Shown: piece by piece, positions 28,700 to 35,988 of the stretch
Position numbering within the stretch: the first letter of the stretch is position 1
Layout of the letters: each line of letters begins with the position of its first letter
Assembly (NCBI GenBank): GCA_051881895.1
Contig: JBJEQT010000098.1
Span: 1-46,809 of the forward strand
DNA: 46,809 bases
Direction: 5' to 3'
From: Oscillospiraceae bacterium
Lineage (GTDB): Bacteria > Bacillota > Clostridia > Oscillospirales > Ruminococcaceae
Program-made: the position numbers and the translations under genes
The notes under the pieces: generated by a model
The model's input: the letters and a program-made list of their open reading frames with translations, nothing else
What the model was told of the DNA's origin: nothing
Database searches by the model: none

Positions 28700-29860
28700 T
28701 TACCAACTGGGGACATAAGCTTTTACACCGCGCAGGCTGTTTACCGCTTTTGCCGTTGTTTCGACGATAAAATCGACCTGCTCTTCTGTGTTCTCCTCTC
28801 CAAAGGAAAGACGCAGCGCGCTTTTGGCCTGATCCGGCGTTCGGCCGATCGCCAGCAAAACATGGCTGGGTTCCAGCGAGCCCGACATGCAGGCAGAACC
28901 GGAAGAAGCGCAGATGCCAGCTTGATCCAGCAAAAAAAGAAGCGCTTCCGCCTCTACTCCTTCAAAGCAGACATTTACATTTCCGGGCAGCCGGCAAACC
29001 GGGTCCCCATTTAATATAGAATAGGGGATATTTCGCAGTCCGTCAATCGTTTTATCCCGCAAAGATGTCATTTTTTTCATATTTTCTTCCAGGTGCTCGC
29101 AGGCAAAATCGAAAGCCGCCGCCATCGAAACAACGCCCGGGACATTCTCCGTTCCGGCCCGCAGCCCTCTTTCCTGTCCGCCTCCGGTGATCATCGGTTC
29201 CAATTGGATCCCCTTTTGCACATACAGCGCTCCCACGCCTTTCGGGCCGTGAAATTTATGAGCCGAAAGGGACAGCATCCCGATTTGCTGGTCTTTCACG
29301 CAAATCGGCAAATGGCCCGCCGCTTGTACGGCGTCGGTGTGGAACAAAACCCCTTTCTCGCGGCATATTCTCCCGATTTCCGAAATGGGCTGGATGGTGC
29401 CGATCTCGTGGTTGGCGTACATGACAGATACCAGGCAGGTATCCGGGCGAATGGCTTCTTCCACCTGCCGGGCCGAAATGATTCCGTTTTCCGGAACCGG
29501 CAGCAGCGTGACGGAAAATCCTTTGGTCCGCAGCTTGTCCAGGGTGCGAAGAATCGCAGGGTGCTCAAAGGCGGTGGAAATCATATGCTTTTTCCCAATT
29601 TTCTCCCCCATCGCCGCCGCTGAAAAAACGGCCAGGTTATCCGCTTCGCTGCCGCCTGAAGTAAACAGGATCTCCCGCGGCTCGCATCCCAGGTTTTTTG
29701 CCATCTTCGCCCTGGCCTGTGCCAGCGCTTTCGCAGCGTCCCGCCCGGCGGCGTGCTGACTGGAAGGGTTTCCGTAAAAGCTGTCCAGATACGGCCCCAT
29801 CGCTTCCATCGCCGCCTTGTTCATCCGGGTGGTAGCCGCGTTATCCGCATACACAAACAT
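28700..29860 (-). CDS. Cysteine desulfurase (NifS/IscS class V aminotransferase)
   Basis: 386 aa. MFVYADNAATT, PLP-lysine motif SLSAHKFHGPKG, and the catalytic Cys loop SSGSACMSG. Confidence 0.9.
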   Translation of the reverse strand: MFVYADNAATTRMNKAAMEAMGPYLDSFYGNPSSQHAAGRDAAKALAQARAKMAKNLGCEPREILFTSGGSEADNLAVFSAAAMGEKIGKKHMISTAFEHPAILRTLDKLRTKGFSVTLLPVPENGIISARQVEEAIRPDTCLVSVMYANHEIGTIQPISEIGRICREKGVLFHTDAVQAAGHLPICVKDQQIGMLSLSAHKFHGPKGVGALYVQKGIQLEPMITGGGQERGLRAGTENVPGVVSMAAAFDFACEHLEENMKKMTSLRDKTIDGLRNIPYSILNGDPVCRLPGNVNVCFEGVEAEALLFLLDQAGICASSGSACMSGSLEPSHVLLAIGRTPDQAKSALRLSFGEENTEEQVDFIVETTAKAVNSLRGVKAYVPSW

Positions 29861-29882
29861 GCTCTTCTCCTTTTTCTTTCGC

Positions 29883-30782
29883 CTAGATTTCCCAATACCA
29901 CGGTTCTTCCTGGTTTTTACCCTGAACGGCTAGTTCCCGGTTTGGCACCATGACCTTCGTGTTCGCGGGAACCGACTCCGTGACAAAAGCGCTGCCGCCG
30001 ATGATGCTGTTTTCCCCAATGACGGTATTTCCGCCCAAAACAGACGCGTTGGCATAAACCGTCACATGATCCTTGACCGTCGGATGCCGTTTTACACCGG
30101 AAAGCTGCTGTCCTTTTCGGGTAGATAAAGCGCCCAGCGTCACCCCTTGGTACAGTTTAACATGGTCGCCGATTTCGGTCGTTTCACCAATGACGATTCC
30201 TGTGCCATGATCTATGGAAAAATACGATCCGATTTGCGCGCCGGCATGGATATCAATCCCCGTGCGGCTATGGGCGTATTCGGTCATAATGCGGGGAATC
30301 AGCGGCACCTTTTTGCAATACAGTTCATGGGCAACGCGGTAAACAAATATGGCAAACAGCCCCGGATAGGACAAAATGACTTCTGCTTTGCTCTGCGCGG
30401 CCGGATCCCCTTCAAAGATGGCCTGCACATCCATTTTCAGCTGCCGCTGTACGTCGGGCAGGCGGCTGAAAAATGCTTGGCATATCTGCTGCGTTTCCCG
30501 CCGGATCTCCTGTTCAGAAGCTGCCCCGGCGCGAAAGGTCAGCGCCGCGTACAGCTGCCGGTTCAGCTCATCTTTTATTTTCCGAAGCTTTTCCGCGGCA
30601 AAAGAAAGGTTCTGCCCTTCTTCCGGACAACCGCCGAAAAATCCGGGAAACAACATCCCTCTTAATTCCCGGATCATCCAAATGACCTTTTCCCGATCAG
30701 GGAAATGGCCCGGCAACTCCTTTTCCTGTTCAAAAAGGTCTGCCGCAATCTGCTCCAAATCATTTTCCGTCTGTTTGTGCAT
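29883..30782 (-). CDS. cysE: Serine O-acetyltransferase
   Basis: Left-handed beta-helix hexapeptide repeats (GAQIGSYFSIDHGTGIVIGETTEIGDHVKLYQGVTLG). I prefer ATG 30782 because GAGGAGGAG lies immediately upstream. The track start at 30800 has no RBS. Confidence 0.85.
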   Translation of the reverse strand: MHKQTENDLEQIAADLFEQEKELPGHFPDREKVIWMIRELRGMLFPGFFGGCPEEGQNLSFAAEKLRKIKDELNRQLYAALTFRAGAASEQEIRRETQQICQAFFSRLPDVQRQLKMDVQAIFEGDPAAQSKAEVILSYPGLFAIFVYRVAHELYCKKVPLIPRIMTEYAHSRTGIDIHAGAQIGSYFSIDHGTGIVIGETTEIGDHVKLYQGVTLGALSTRKGQQLSGVKRHPTVKDHVTVYANASVLGGNTVIGENSIIGGSAFVTESVPANTKVMVPNRELAVQGKNQEEPWYWEI

Positions 30783-30816
30783 ATTCTCCTCCTCGTCCAT
30801 TCTGCTTCAAGCCGTG

Positions 30817-31902
30817 CTACTGCGCCCGTTCAATGGTGCCTCCGCCGAGGACGGTGTCCCCGTCATACAATACAACCGACTGGCCCGGCGTAATCGCGCG
30901 CTGCGGCTGGTCAAAACGCACATGCAGGCGTCCGTCGTCCGACTGCCAGGCTTCGGCCGGCTGCTCCTGCTGGCGATAGCGGATCTTCGCACAGACCCGG
31001 ATGGCCTTATCCAAGCGCTCCCCCGAAATCAAATTGACCTCTTTCGCCGTCAGATAACTGCTGTAAAGCGATGTTTCCTCTCCTAACACCACCGTATTGG
31101 ACTGCGGGCAGATTCCGCAGACATACAGGGGCTTTCCAACGCTGAGCCCCAGCCCTTTTTTCTGTCCGATGGTGTAGCGCCCGATTCCCCTGTGCTGTCC
31201 CAGCACCGTTCCATCCGGCCGTACAAAATTTCCCGGTTCCATTGTTTTTCCGGTGTATCGTTCCAAAAAAGAGCCATAGTCCCCATCCGGGACAAAACAG
31301 ATATCCTGGCTTTCCCTTTTGGCCGCATTGTCAAGGCCGTTTTCCCTCGCGATTCTGCGCACCTCGCTTTTTTGCAGGCACCCCAAAGGAAAACGGGTAT
31401 GGGCCAGCTGTTCCTGGGTCATGGCGTACAGAACATAGCTTTGATCTTTGGCGGGATCCATTCCCTTTTTCAAAAGCCATTTGCCGGAAGTTTCCTCGCG
31501 TTCGATTCGGGCATAATGGCCTGTCACGACGACATCCATCTGCATCTGGCGCATCCGGTGGAACAATCTGTCGAATTTGATATAGCGGTTGCAGTCGATG
31601 CAGGGATTCGGCGTAAAACCCTGCTGATAGCTTTGGACAAAACGGGCAATGACCGTTTTTCTGAAATCATCGGAAAAACCGAAAACATAATGGGGGATTC
31701 CCAGCTGGAAGCAGACGTTTCGCGCATCCTCCACATCTTCCAAAGAACAGCAGGTCCGCTGTCGGCTTTTACCGATATCCTCATTTTCAAACAACTTCAT
31801 GGTCGCGCCGACACAGGTAAAGCCCTGTTTCTGCATCAGCAGCGCCGCTACAGAACTGTCAACGCCGCCGCTCATTGCGATAAGCGCCTTTTGATTTGCC
31901 AT
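30817..31902 (-). CDS. mnmA: tRNA 2-thiouridine(34) synthase MnmA
   Basis: PP-loop IAMSGGVDSSVAA and catalytic cysteines (NPCIDCN, DICF). ATG 31902 is preceded by GAAAGGGG. Confidence 0.9.
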   Translation of the reverse strand: MANQKALIAMSGGVDSSVAALLMQKQGFTCVGATMKLFENEDIGKSRQRTCCSLEDVEDARNVCFQLGIPHYVFGFSDDFRKTVIARFVQSYQQGFTPNPCIDCNRYIKFDRLFHRMRQMQMDVVVTGHYARIEREETSGKWLLKKGMDPAKDQSYVLYAMTQEQLAHTRFPLGCLQKSEVRRIARENGLDNAAKRESQDICFVPDGDYGSFLERYTGKTMEPGNFVRPDGTVLGQHRGIGRYTIGQKKGLGLSVGKPLYVCGICPQSNTVVLGEETSLYSSYLTAKEVNLISGERLDKAIRVCAKIRYRQQEQPAEAWQSDDGRLHVRFDQPQRAITPGQSVVLYDGDTVLGGGTIERAQ

Positions 31903-31982
31903 CTGTACCCCTTTCCCGCCCGCAGGCATGCTAAATGAAAAAGGCCCCCTCTCACCGCGTGCTCGGGAGCCTTTCCGATATT

Positions 31983-32912
31983 TTAATCTTCAAACAAGGG
32001 TGTGGATAAATAACGATCGCCGGTATCAGGCAGCAGAACGACAATTGCCTTTCCCCTGTTTTCCGGGCGTTTGGCCAATTCTGTCGCGGCCCACACCGCT
32101 GCGCCGGAAGAGATCCCGGTCAATACGCCGTCGGTTCGGGCAATTTCTCTTCCGGTGGCAAAAGCCGCTTCATTGTCCACCGGTATGATTTCATCATAAA
32201 TTTGGGTATTCAGCGTATCCGGCACAAAGCCCGCACCGATTCCCTGAATTTTATGCGCACCGGCGATTCCTTTGGAAAGTACCGGTGAATCCGCCGGCTC
32301 TACCGCCACCACTTTGACTGCGGGATTTTGGGATTTCAAATACTCTCCTACACCGGTCAGGGTCCCGCCGGTTCCGACGCCGGCCACGAAAATGTCGACC
32401 TTGCCCTGCGTGTCCCGCCAGATTTCCGGACCCGTCGTCTGCCGGTGTGCCTGCGGATTGGCGGGATTTTTAAACTGTCCCGGGATGAAACTGCCCGGCG
32501 TCTGACGCGCCAGTTCCTCCGCTTTTTCGATGGCGCCTTTCATTCCTTTGGCGCCCTCGGTCAGCACAATTTCGGCACCGTAAGCCTTCAGCAGGATGCG
32601 GCGTTCCACGCTCATCGTCTCCGGCATCGTCAAAATGACGCGGTAGCCCTTGGCGGCGGCGATTGCTGCCAGGCCAATCCCCGTATTGCCGCTGGTCGGT
32701 TCGATGATGACAGAATCCGGGCGAAGGGCGCCGTCGGATTCCGCTTTTTCAATCATCGCTTTTGCAATACGGTCTTTTACGCTTCCGGCTGGATTCAAAA
32801 ATTCCAGTTTGGCGTAAATTTTCGCTTCCAGCTTTTCTTTCTGCTCATAGCCGGTCAATTCCAGCAGCGGAGTATTTCCCACAAGTTCGGTGATTTTTTG
32901 ATAGATTGCCAT
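31983..32912 (-). CDS. cysK: Cysteine synthase A (O-acetylserine sulfhydrylase)
   Basis: 309 aa. PLP-lysine motif [11 protein letters not shown], then [10 protein letters not shown] and [10 protein letters not shown]. Confidence 0.95.
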   Translation of the reverse strand: MAIYQKITELVGNTPLLELTGYEQKEKLEAKIYAKLEFLNPAGSVKDRIAKAMIEKAESDGALRPDSVIIEPTSGNTGIGLAAIAAAKGYRVILTMPETMSVERRILLKAYGAEIVLTEGAKGMKGAIEKAEELARQTPGSFIPGQFKNPANPQAHRQTTGPEIWRDTQGKVDIFVAGVGTGGTLTGVGEYLKSQNPAVKVVAVEPADSPVLSKGIAGAHKIQGIGAGFVPDTLNTQIYDEIIPVDNEAAFATGREIARTDGVLTGISSGAAVWAATELAKRPENRGKAIVVLLPDTGDRYLSTPLFED

Positions 32913-33037
32913 GATAAGTTGCTCCTTTCCAATTTTCCTATCCTATTCATTTCTCTGCGAAAAGAGAACATCGACATCGTCTTCTAATAGGAGGATTCCA
33001 TGGAAAGAGCCGCTTTACAATAAAAACTGTCATACGC

Positions 33038-34348
33038 TTACTTTTGCACAGACGCTTCGAACGCCTGGTCCAGATCGTAAATGATATCGTTTACATGTTC
33101 CGTACCGATCGAAAGACGGATCGTATTCGGTTTGATTCCCTGATCCAGCAGTTCTTCGGGGCTGAGCTGGGAATGGGTCGTTGTCGCAGGATGGATGACC
33201 AGGCTTTTTACATCCGCAACGTTGGCCAACAAGGAAAAGACCTGCAGGCTGTCGATAAACCGGTGCGCTTCTTCCTGGCCTCCTTTGATCTCGAACGTAA
33301 AGATCGAACCGCCGCCGTTGGGGAAATATTTTTCATACAGCTCATGATCCGGATGATCCGGCAAGGACGGATGATTAACATGTTCCACCTGCGGATGATT
33401 TGCCAGATATTCCACTACTTTCTTGGTATTCTCCGCATGACGGTCCAGACGCAGAGAAAGCGTTTCTGTGCCCTGCAGCAGCAAAAATGCCGCGAAAGGA
33501 GAAATAGTGGCACCGGTATCCCGCAAAAGAATCGCCCGCACATAGGTGACAAAAGCGGCAGGGCCAACAGCATCTACAAAGGAGATTCCGTGATAGCTTG
33601 GGTTCGCGTCCGCGATCGGGGCATATTTGCCGCTGGCTTTCCAGTCAAACTTGCCGGAATCGACGATCACGCCGCCCAACGTTGTGCCGTGGCCGCCGAT
33701 AAATTTTGTGGCCGAATGGACCACAATATCCGCGCCATGTTCAATCGGCCGGACCCAATACGGTGTGCCAAAAGTATTGTCGATAACCAGCGGCAGACCG
33801 TGTTTATGTGCAATCGCGGCAATCGCGTCGATATCCGGGATATCGCTGTTGGGGTTGCCCAGCGTCTCGAGATAAACGGCCTTTGTATTGGGCTGGATGG
33901 CGTTTTCCAGCTCCTTTAGGTCATGGGCGTTGACAAAAGTCGTGCTGATGCCAAATTGCGGGAAAGTGTGAGCCAGCAAGTTAAACGTGCCGCCGTAGAT
34001 GGTTTTTTGCGCGACAATATGGTCGCCGTTTTGGGCCAGCGCCTGAATGGTATAGCTGATTGCGGCAGCACCGGAGGCGACTGCCAGCGCTGCAACGCCG
34101 CCCTCCAGGGCCGCAATGCGTTTTTCAAAAGCTTCCTGGGTAGAATTGGTCAGACGGCCGTAAATATTGCCGGCGTCGGACAATCCAAAGCGAGCCGCCG
34201 CATGGGCGGAGTTATGAAAAACATAGGATGTGGTGGCGTAAATCGGTACGGCGCGGGAGTCGGTGGCAGGGTCTGCTTGCTCCTGCCCTACATGAAGCTG
34301 CAACGTCTCAAACTGATATTGATGTTTTCCATTCAAAAAATCTGCCAT
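33038..34348 (-). CDS. metY: O-acetylhomoserine sulfhydrylase / aminocarboxypropyltransferase
   Basis: 436 aa in the Cys/Met-metabolism PLP family, with the lysine motif VHSATKFIGGHGT. RBS GAAGGAAAAG. Confidence 0.9.
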   Translation of the reverse strand: MADFLNGKHQYQFETLQLHVGQEQADPATDSRAVPIYATTSYVFHNSAHAAARFGLSDAGNIYGRLTNSTQEAFEKRIAALEGGVAALAVASGAAAISYTIQALAQNGDHIVAQKTIYGGTFNLLAHTFPQFGISTTFVNAHDLKELENAIQPNTKAVYLETLGNPNSDIPDIDAIAAIAHKHGLPLVIDNTFGTPYWVRPIEHGADIVVHSATKFIGGHGTTLGGVIVDSGKFDWKASGKYAPIADANPSYHGISFVDAVGPAAFVTYVRAILLRDTGATISPFAAFLLLQGTETLSLRLDRHAENTKKVVEYLANHPQVEHVNHPSLPDHPDHELYEKYFPNGGGSIFTFEIKGGQEEAHRFIDSLQVFSLLANVADVKSLVIHPATTTHSQLSPEELLDQGIKPNTIRLSIGTEHVNDIIYDLDQAFEASVQK

Positions 34349-34485
34349 TTTCTTTTCCTTCTTTCAAAAGCTTTTTGTCGTTTCATCTTATCTGCTCATC
34401 TTCGCCCTTTTACCGTCACATTCGATCATCCCACAGGGATTTTCGGAGTTTTTGCAAAGAATATCCGTTCATCCAAATGCCTCCT

Positions 34486-34522
34486 AAAAAACAAAAAAGC
34501 GGGAAAGCCTGCTGTTTCCCGC
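34486..34522 (-). terminator. Intrinsic terminator inside the metY leader (attenuator terminator)
   Basis: Minus strand GCGGGAAA (34522..34515), loop CAGCAGGC, TTTCCCGC (34506..34499), then TTTTTTGTTTTTT (34498..34486). It sits 29 nt after the leader-ORF stop and about 135 nt before the metY ATG. Confidence 0.8.
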
Positions 34523-34550
34523 TTACTTTGGTCATTGTGATTTCATCCGT

Positions 34551-34676
34551 TCAAAAACGTGTTTTCGAATCAGAAAAGAAGCTCTGAAATCCATCCAAGG
34601 CGCAGGAAATCGTGTACATGTTGCTGCACATGCACATACACATACACATTTTGCGGCCCGTCTGCAAAAAATACAT
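34551..34676 (-). CDS. Candidate attenuation leader peptide, 41 codons, Met/Cys-rich (MYFLQTGRKMCMCMCMCSNMYTISCALDGFQSFFSDSKTRF)
   Basis: Not in the ORF track because it is shorter than 60 aa. AAGGAG (34689..34684) is followed by 7 nt and ATG 34676, with stop TGA at 34553..34551. Codons 10-17 are ATG TGT ATG TGT ATG TGC ATG TGC. A consensus promoter lies upstream, and a terminator and the Met/Cys biosynthesis genes lie downstream. Confidence 0.6.
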   Translation of the reverse strand: MYFLQTGRKMCMCMCMCSNMYTISCALDGFQSFFSDSKTRF

Positions 34677-34723
34677 TGCGCTTCTCCTTTCTGATTTTCT
34701 TGTTTTCCTATTGGTTTACCAGG

Positions 34724-34752
34724 ATTATAGCATCCACCTATTCTTTTGTCAA
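34724..34752 (-). promoter_or_regulatory. Consensus sigma-A promoter of the metY leader/operon
   Basis: Minus strand TTGACA (34752..34747), 17-nt spacer, TGcTATAAT (extended -10; TATAAT at 34729..34724). Confidence 0.75.
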
Positions 34753-34770
34753 CAAGATTTTACTTTTTTC

Positions 34771-34799
34771 TTTACATAGATTTCCGATTGGTTTAATAT
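34771..34799 (+). promoter_or_regulatory. Probable promoter of the divergent Rrf2 regulator gene
   Basis: TTTACA (34771..34776), 17-nt spacer, TAATAT (34794..34799). It lies about 32 nt upstream of the ATG, back-to-back with the metY promoter, with the two -35 boxes 18 nt apart. Confidence 0.5.
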
Positions 34800-34831
34800 G
34801 TATAAAAGAACGTTCACGAAAGGGAAAGATT

Positions 34832-35242
34832 ATGAAAATATCCACCAAAGGGCGATACGCCCTGCGCATGATGATTGATTTGGCACAACAGCAAAAGGAG
34901 TCTGTCTTATCCTACATTCCTTTAAAGGATATCGCCTTTCGGCAGGGAATCGAAATCAAATATTTGGAGCAAATTGTGGCGCTTTTGAAAAAAGACGGGC
35001 TGATTCAAGGTGTGCGCGGCAGCAGCGGCGGATACCGTCTGACGAGGGAACCAAAGGAATACACCGTTCGGGAAATCCTTGAGGTAACGGAAGGCCGTCT
35101 CGCTCCCGTTGCCTGTTTGGATACCCCTGTCAATCTTTGTCCCCGCAAAGAACATTGCCCCACGCTGTCTTTTTGGGAAGACTTCGCTTCCTGCATCACT
35201 GATTTTTTGGAAAAATGGACGCTGCAGGACTTTTTGTCCTGA
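34832..35242 (+). CDS. Rrf2 family transcriptional regulator (IscR/CymR-like) with three-Cys cluster motif
   Basis: MKISTKGRYALRMMIDLA... winged HTH, then SSGGYRL. Cys ligand pattern is C-x7-C-x5-C (ACLDTPVNLCPRKEHC). RBS AAAGGGAAAG. The track ORF start at 34559 is a spurious upstream extension. Confidence 0.9.
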   Translation: MKISTKGRYALRMMIDLAQQQKESVLSYIPLKDIAFRQGIEIKYLEQIVALLKKDGLIQGVRGSSGGYRLTREPKEYTVREILEVTEGRLAPVACLDTPVNLCPRKEHCPTLSFWEDFASCITDFLEKWTLQDFLS

Positions 35243-35286
35243 GCGCCCTTTTCTCTATTTTCATATTAGCCTGTCTTTGCGCCGTT

Positions 35287-35865
35287 TTACAGTTCATACA
35301 CTTCCGGGCATAGTTGAAGGATTTTCTCCCGCAGGCCCAAAAAATCCTCCAGCGCCCCCGGTTTGTTGCCGGGATTGCGCAAAAGCGCCGCTGGATGGAA
35401 AGTCCCCATCATATGGATGCCGCCTTTTTCCACCCATTGTCCGTGCTCCCTGGTGACCTTAAAGCCGGGATCGATAATCCTTGAAGCGCTGATCCTGCCC
35501 AGGCACACAATAATTTTAGGCGCCAGAATCCTGGTTTGCTCCCGCAGATAATCCAGGCAGGCCGCCACCTCTTCCGGCGCCGGGTCCCGGTTCTCCGGCG
35601 GGCGGCATTTGACAATATTGGTGATATAAATGTTGCGCTTTCGGTCCAAATCCACCACGGTGAGCATTTTGTCCAACAGCTGCCCGCTGCGGCCCACAAA
35701 AGGTTCTCCCTGTTCATCCTCGTTTTTACCCGGCGCTTCCCCGATCAAAAGAACCTTCGTCCGCGGATTGCCCACCCCCCAGACTGCCTGGGTACGGGTG
35801 CGGCAAAGTCTGCAGCGCTCACATCGCTGAAGATCTGTTTGCAGCTGCTCCCATCTGTTCTCCAA
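35287..35865 (-). CDS. Family 4 uracil-DNA glycosylase (Fe-S type)
   Basis: CERCRLC cluster cysteines, motif [21 protein letters not shown], motif [12 protein letters not shown] place the start at TTG 35865, 6 nt after GGGGAGGGA. The track start (35922/35919) abuts a terminator hairpin with no RBS. Confidence 0.8.
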   Translation of the reverse strand: MENRWEQLQTDLQRCERCRLCRTRTQAVWGVGNPRTKVLLIGEAPGKNEDEQGEPFVGRSGQLLDKMLTVVDLDRKRNIYITNIVKCRPPENRDPAPEEVAACLDYLREQTRILAPKIIVCLGRISASRIIDPGFKVTREHGQWVEKGGIHMMGTFHPAALLRNPGNKPGALEDFLGLREKILQLCPEVYEL

Positions 35866-35920
35866 AACAAATCCCTCCCCTTTGGTTTCATTATAGGGGA
35901 ATATCTGTAAAAAATCCATC

Positions 35921-35960
35921 AAAAAGAGGCGGAAATGCTCTCATTTCCGCCTCTTTTTTT
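35921..35960. terminator. Strong intrinsic terminator after glgP
   Basis: Perfect 12-bp stem GAGGCGGAAATG / CATTTCCGCCTC (35926..35937 and 35942..35953) with loop CTCT. It is flanked by an A-run and a T-run and lies about 30 nt after the glgP stop. Confidence 0.85.
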
Positions 35961-35988
35961 AATTTTTGCCATTTTTCTGGAAAGGTCG

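Noticed and set aside
32947-33033. 28-codon minus-strand ORF (MTVFIVKRLFPWNPPIRRRCRCSLFAEK) between metY and cysK containing CRC.
   Set aside because: No Shine-Dalgarno sequence precedes it, and it starts 2 nt after the metY stop. It has only two Cys codons and no associated terminator, so it is probably fortuitous.
34620-34650. TG/CA-rich microsatellite-like repeat (cacatgcacatacacataca on the plus strand).
   Set aside because: As a plain simple-sequence repeat it would be unremarkable. It is reinterpreted as the ATG/TGY codon run of the leader ORF on the minus strand. The plus-strand track ORF 34559..35242 that reads through it (CTCCCTCTYTYTFC) is a spurious extension of the Rrf2 gene.
34349-34720. 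Expected S-box (SAM-I) riboswitch or Met/Cys T-box in the long metY leader.
   Set aside because: I could not find the SAM-I core strings (GGTGGAGGGA, GGCAACC, GTGCTAAATCCTGC-type) or the T-box sequence (GGGTGGTACCGCG-like) on the minus strand. The leader-peptide reading explains the region better. A covariance-model scan is still needed to be sure.
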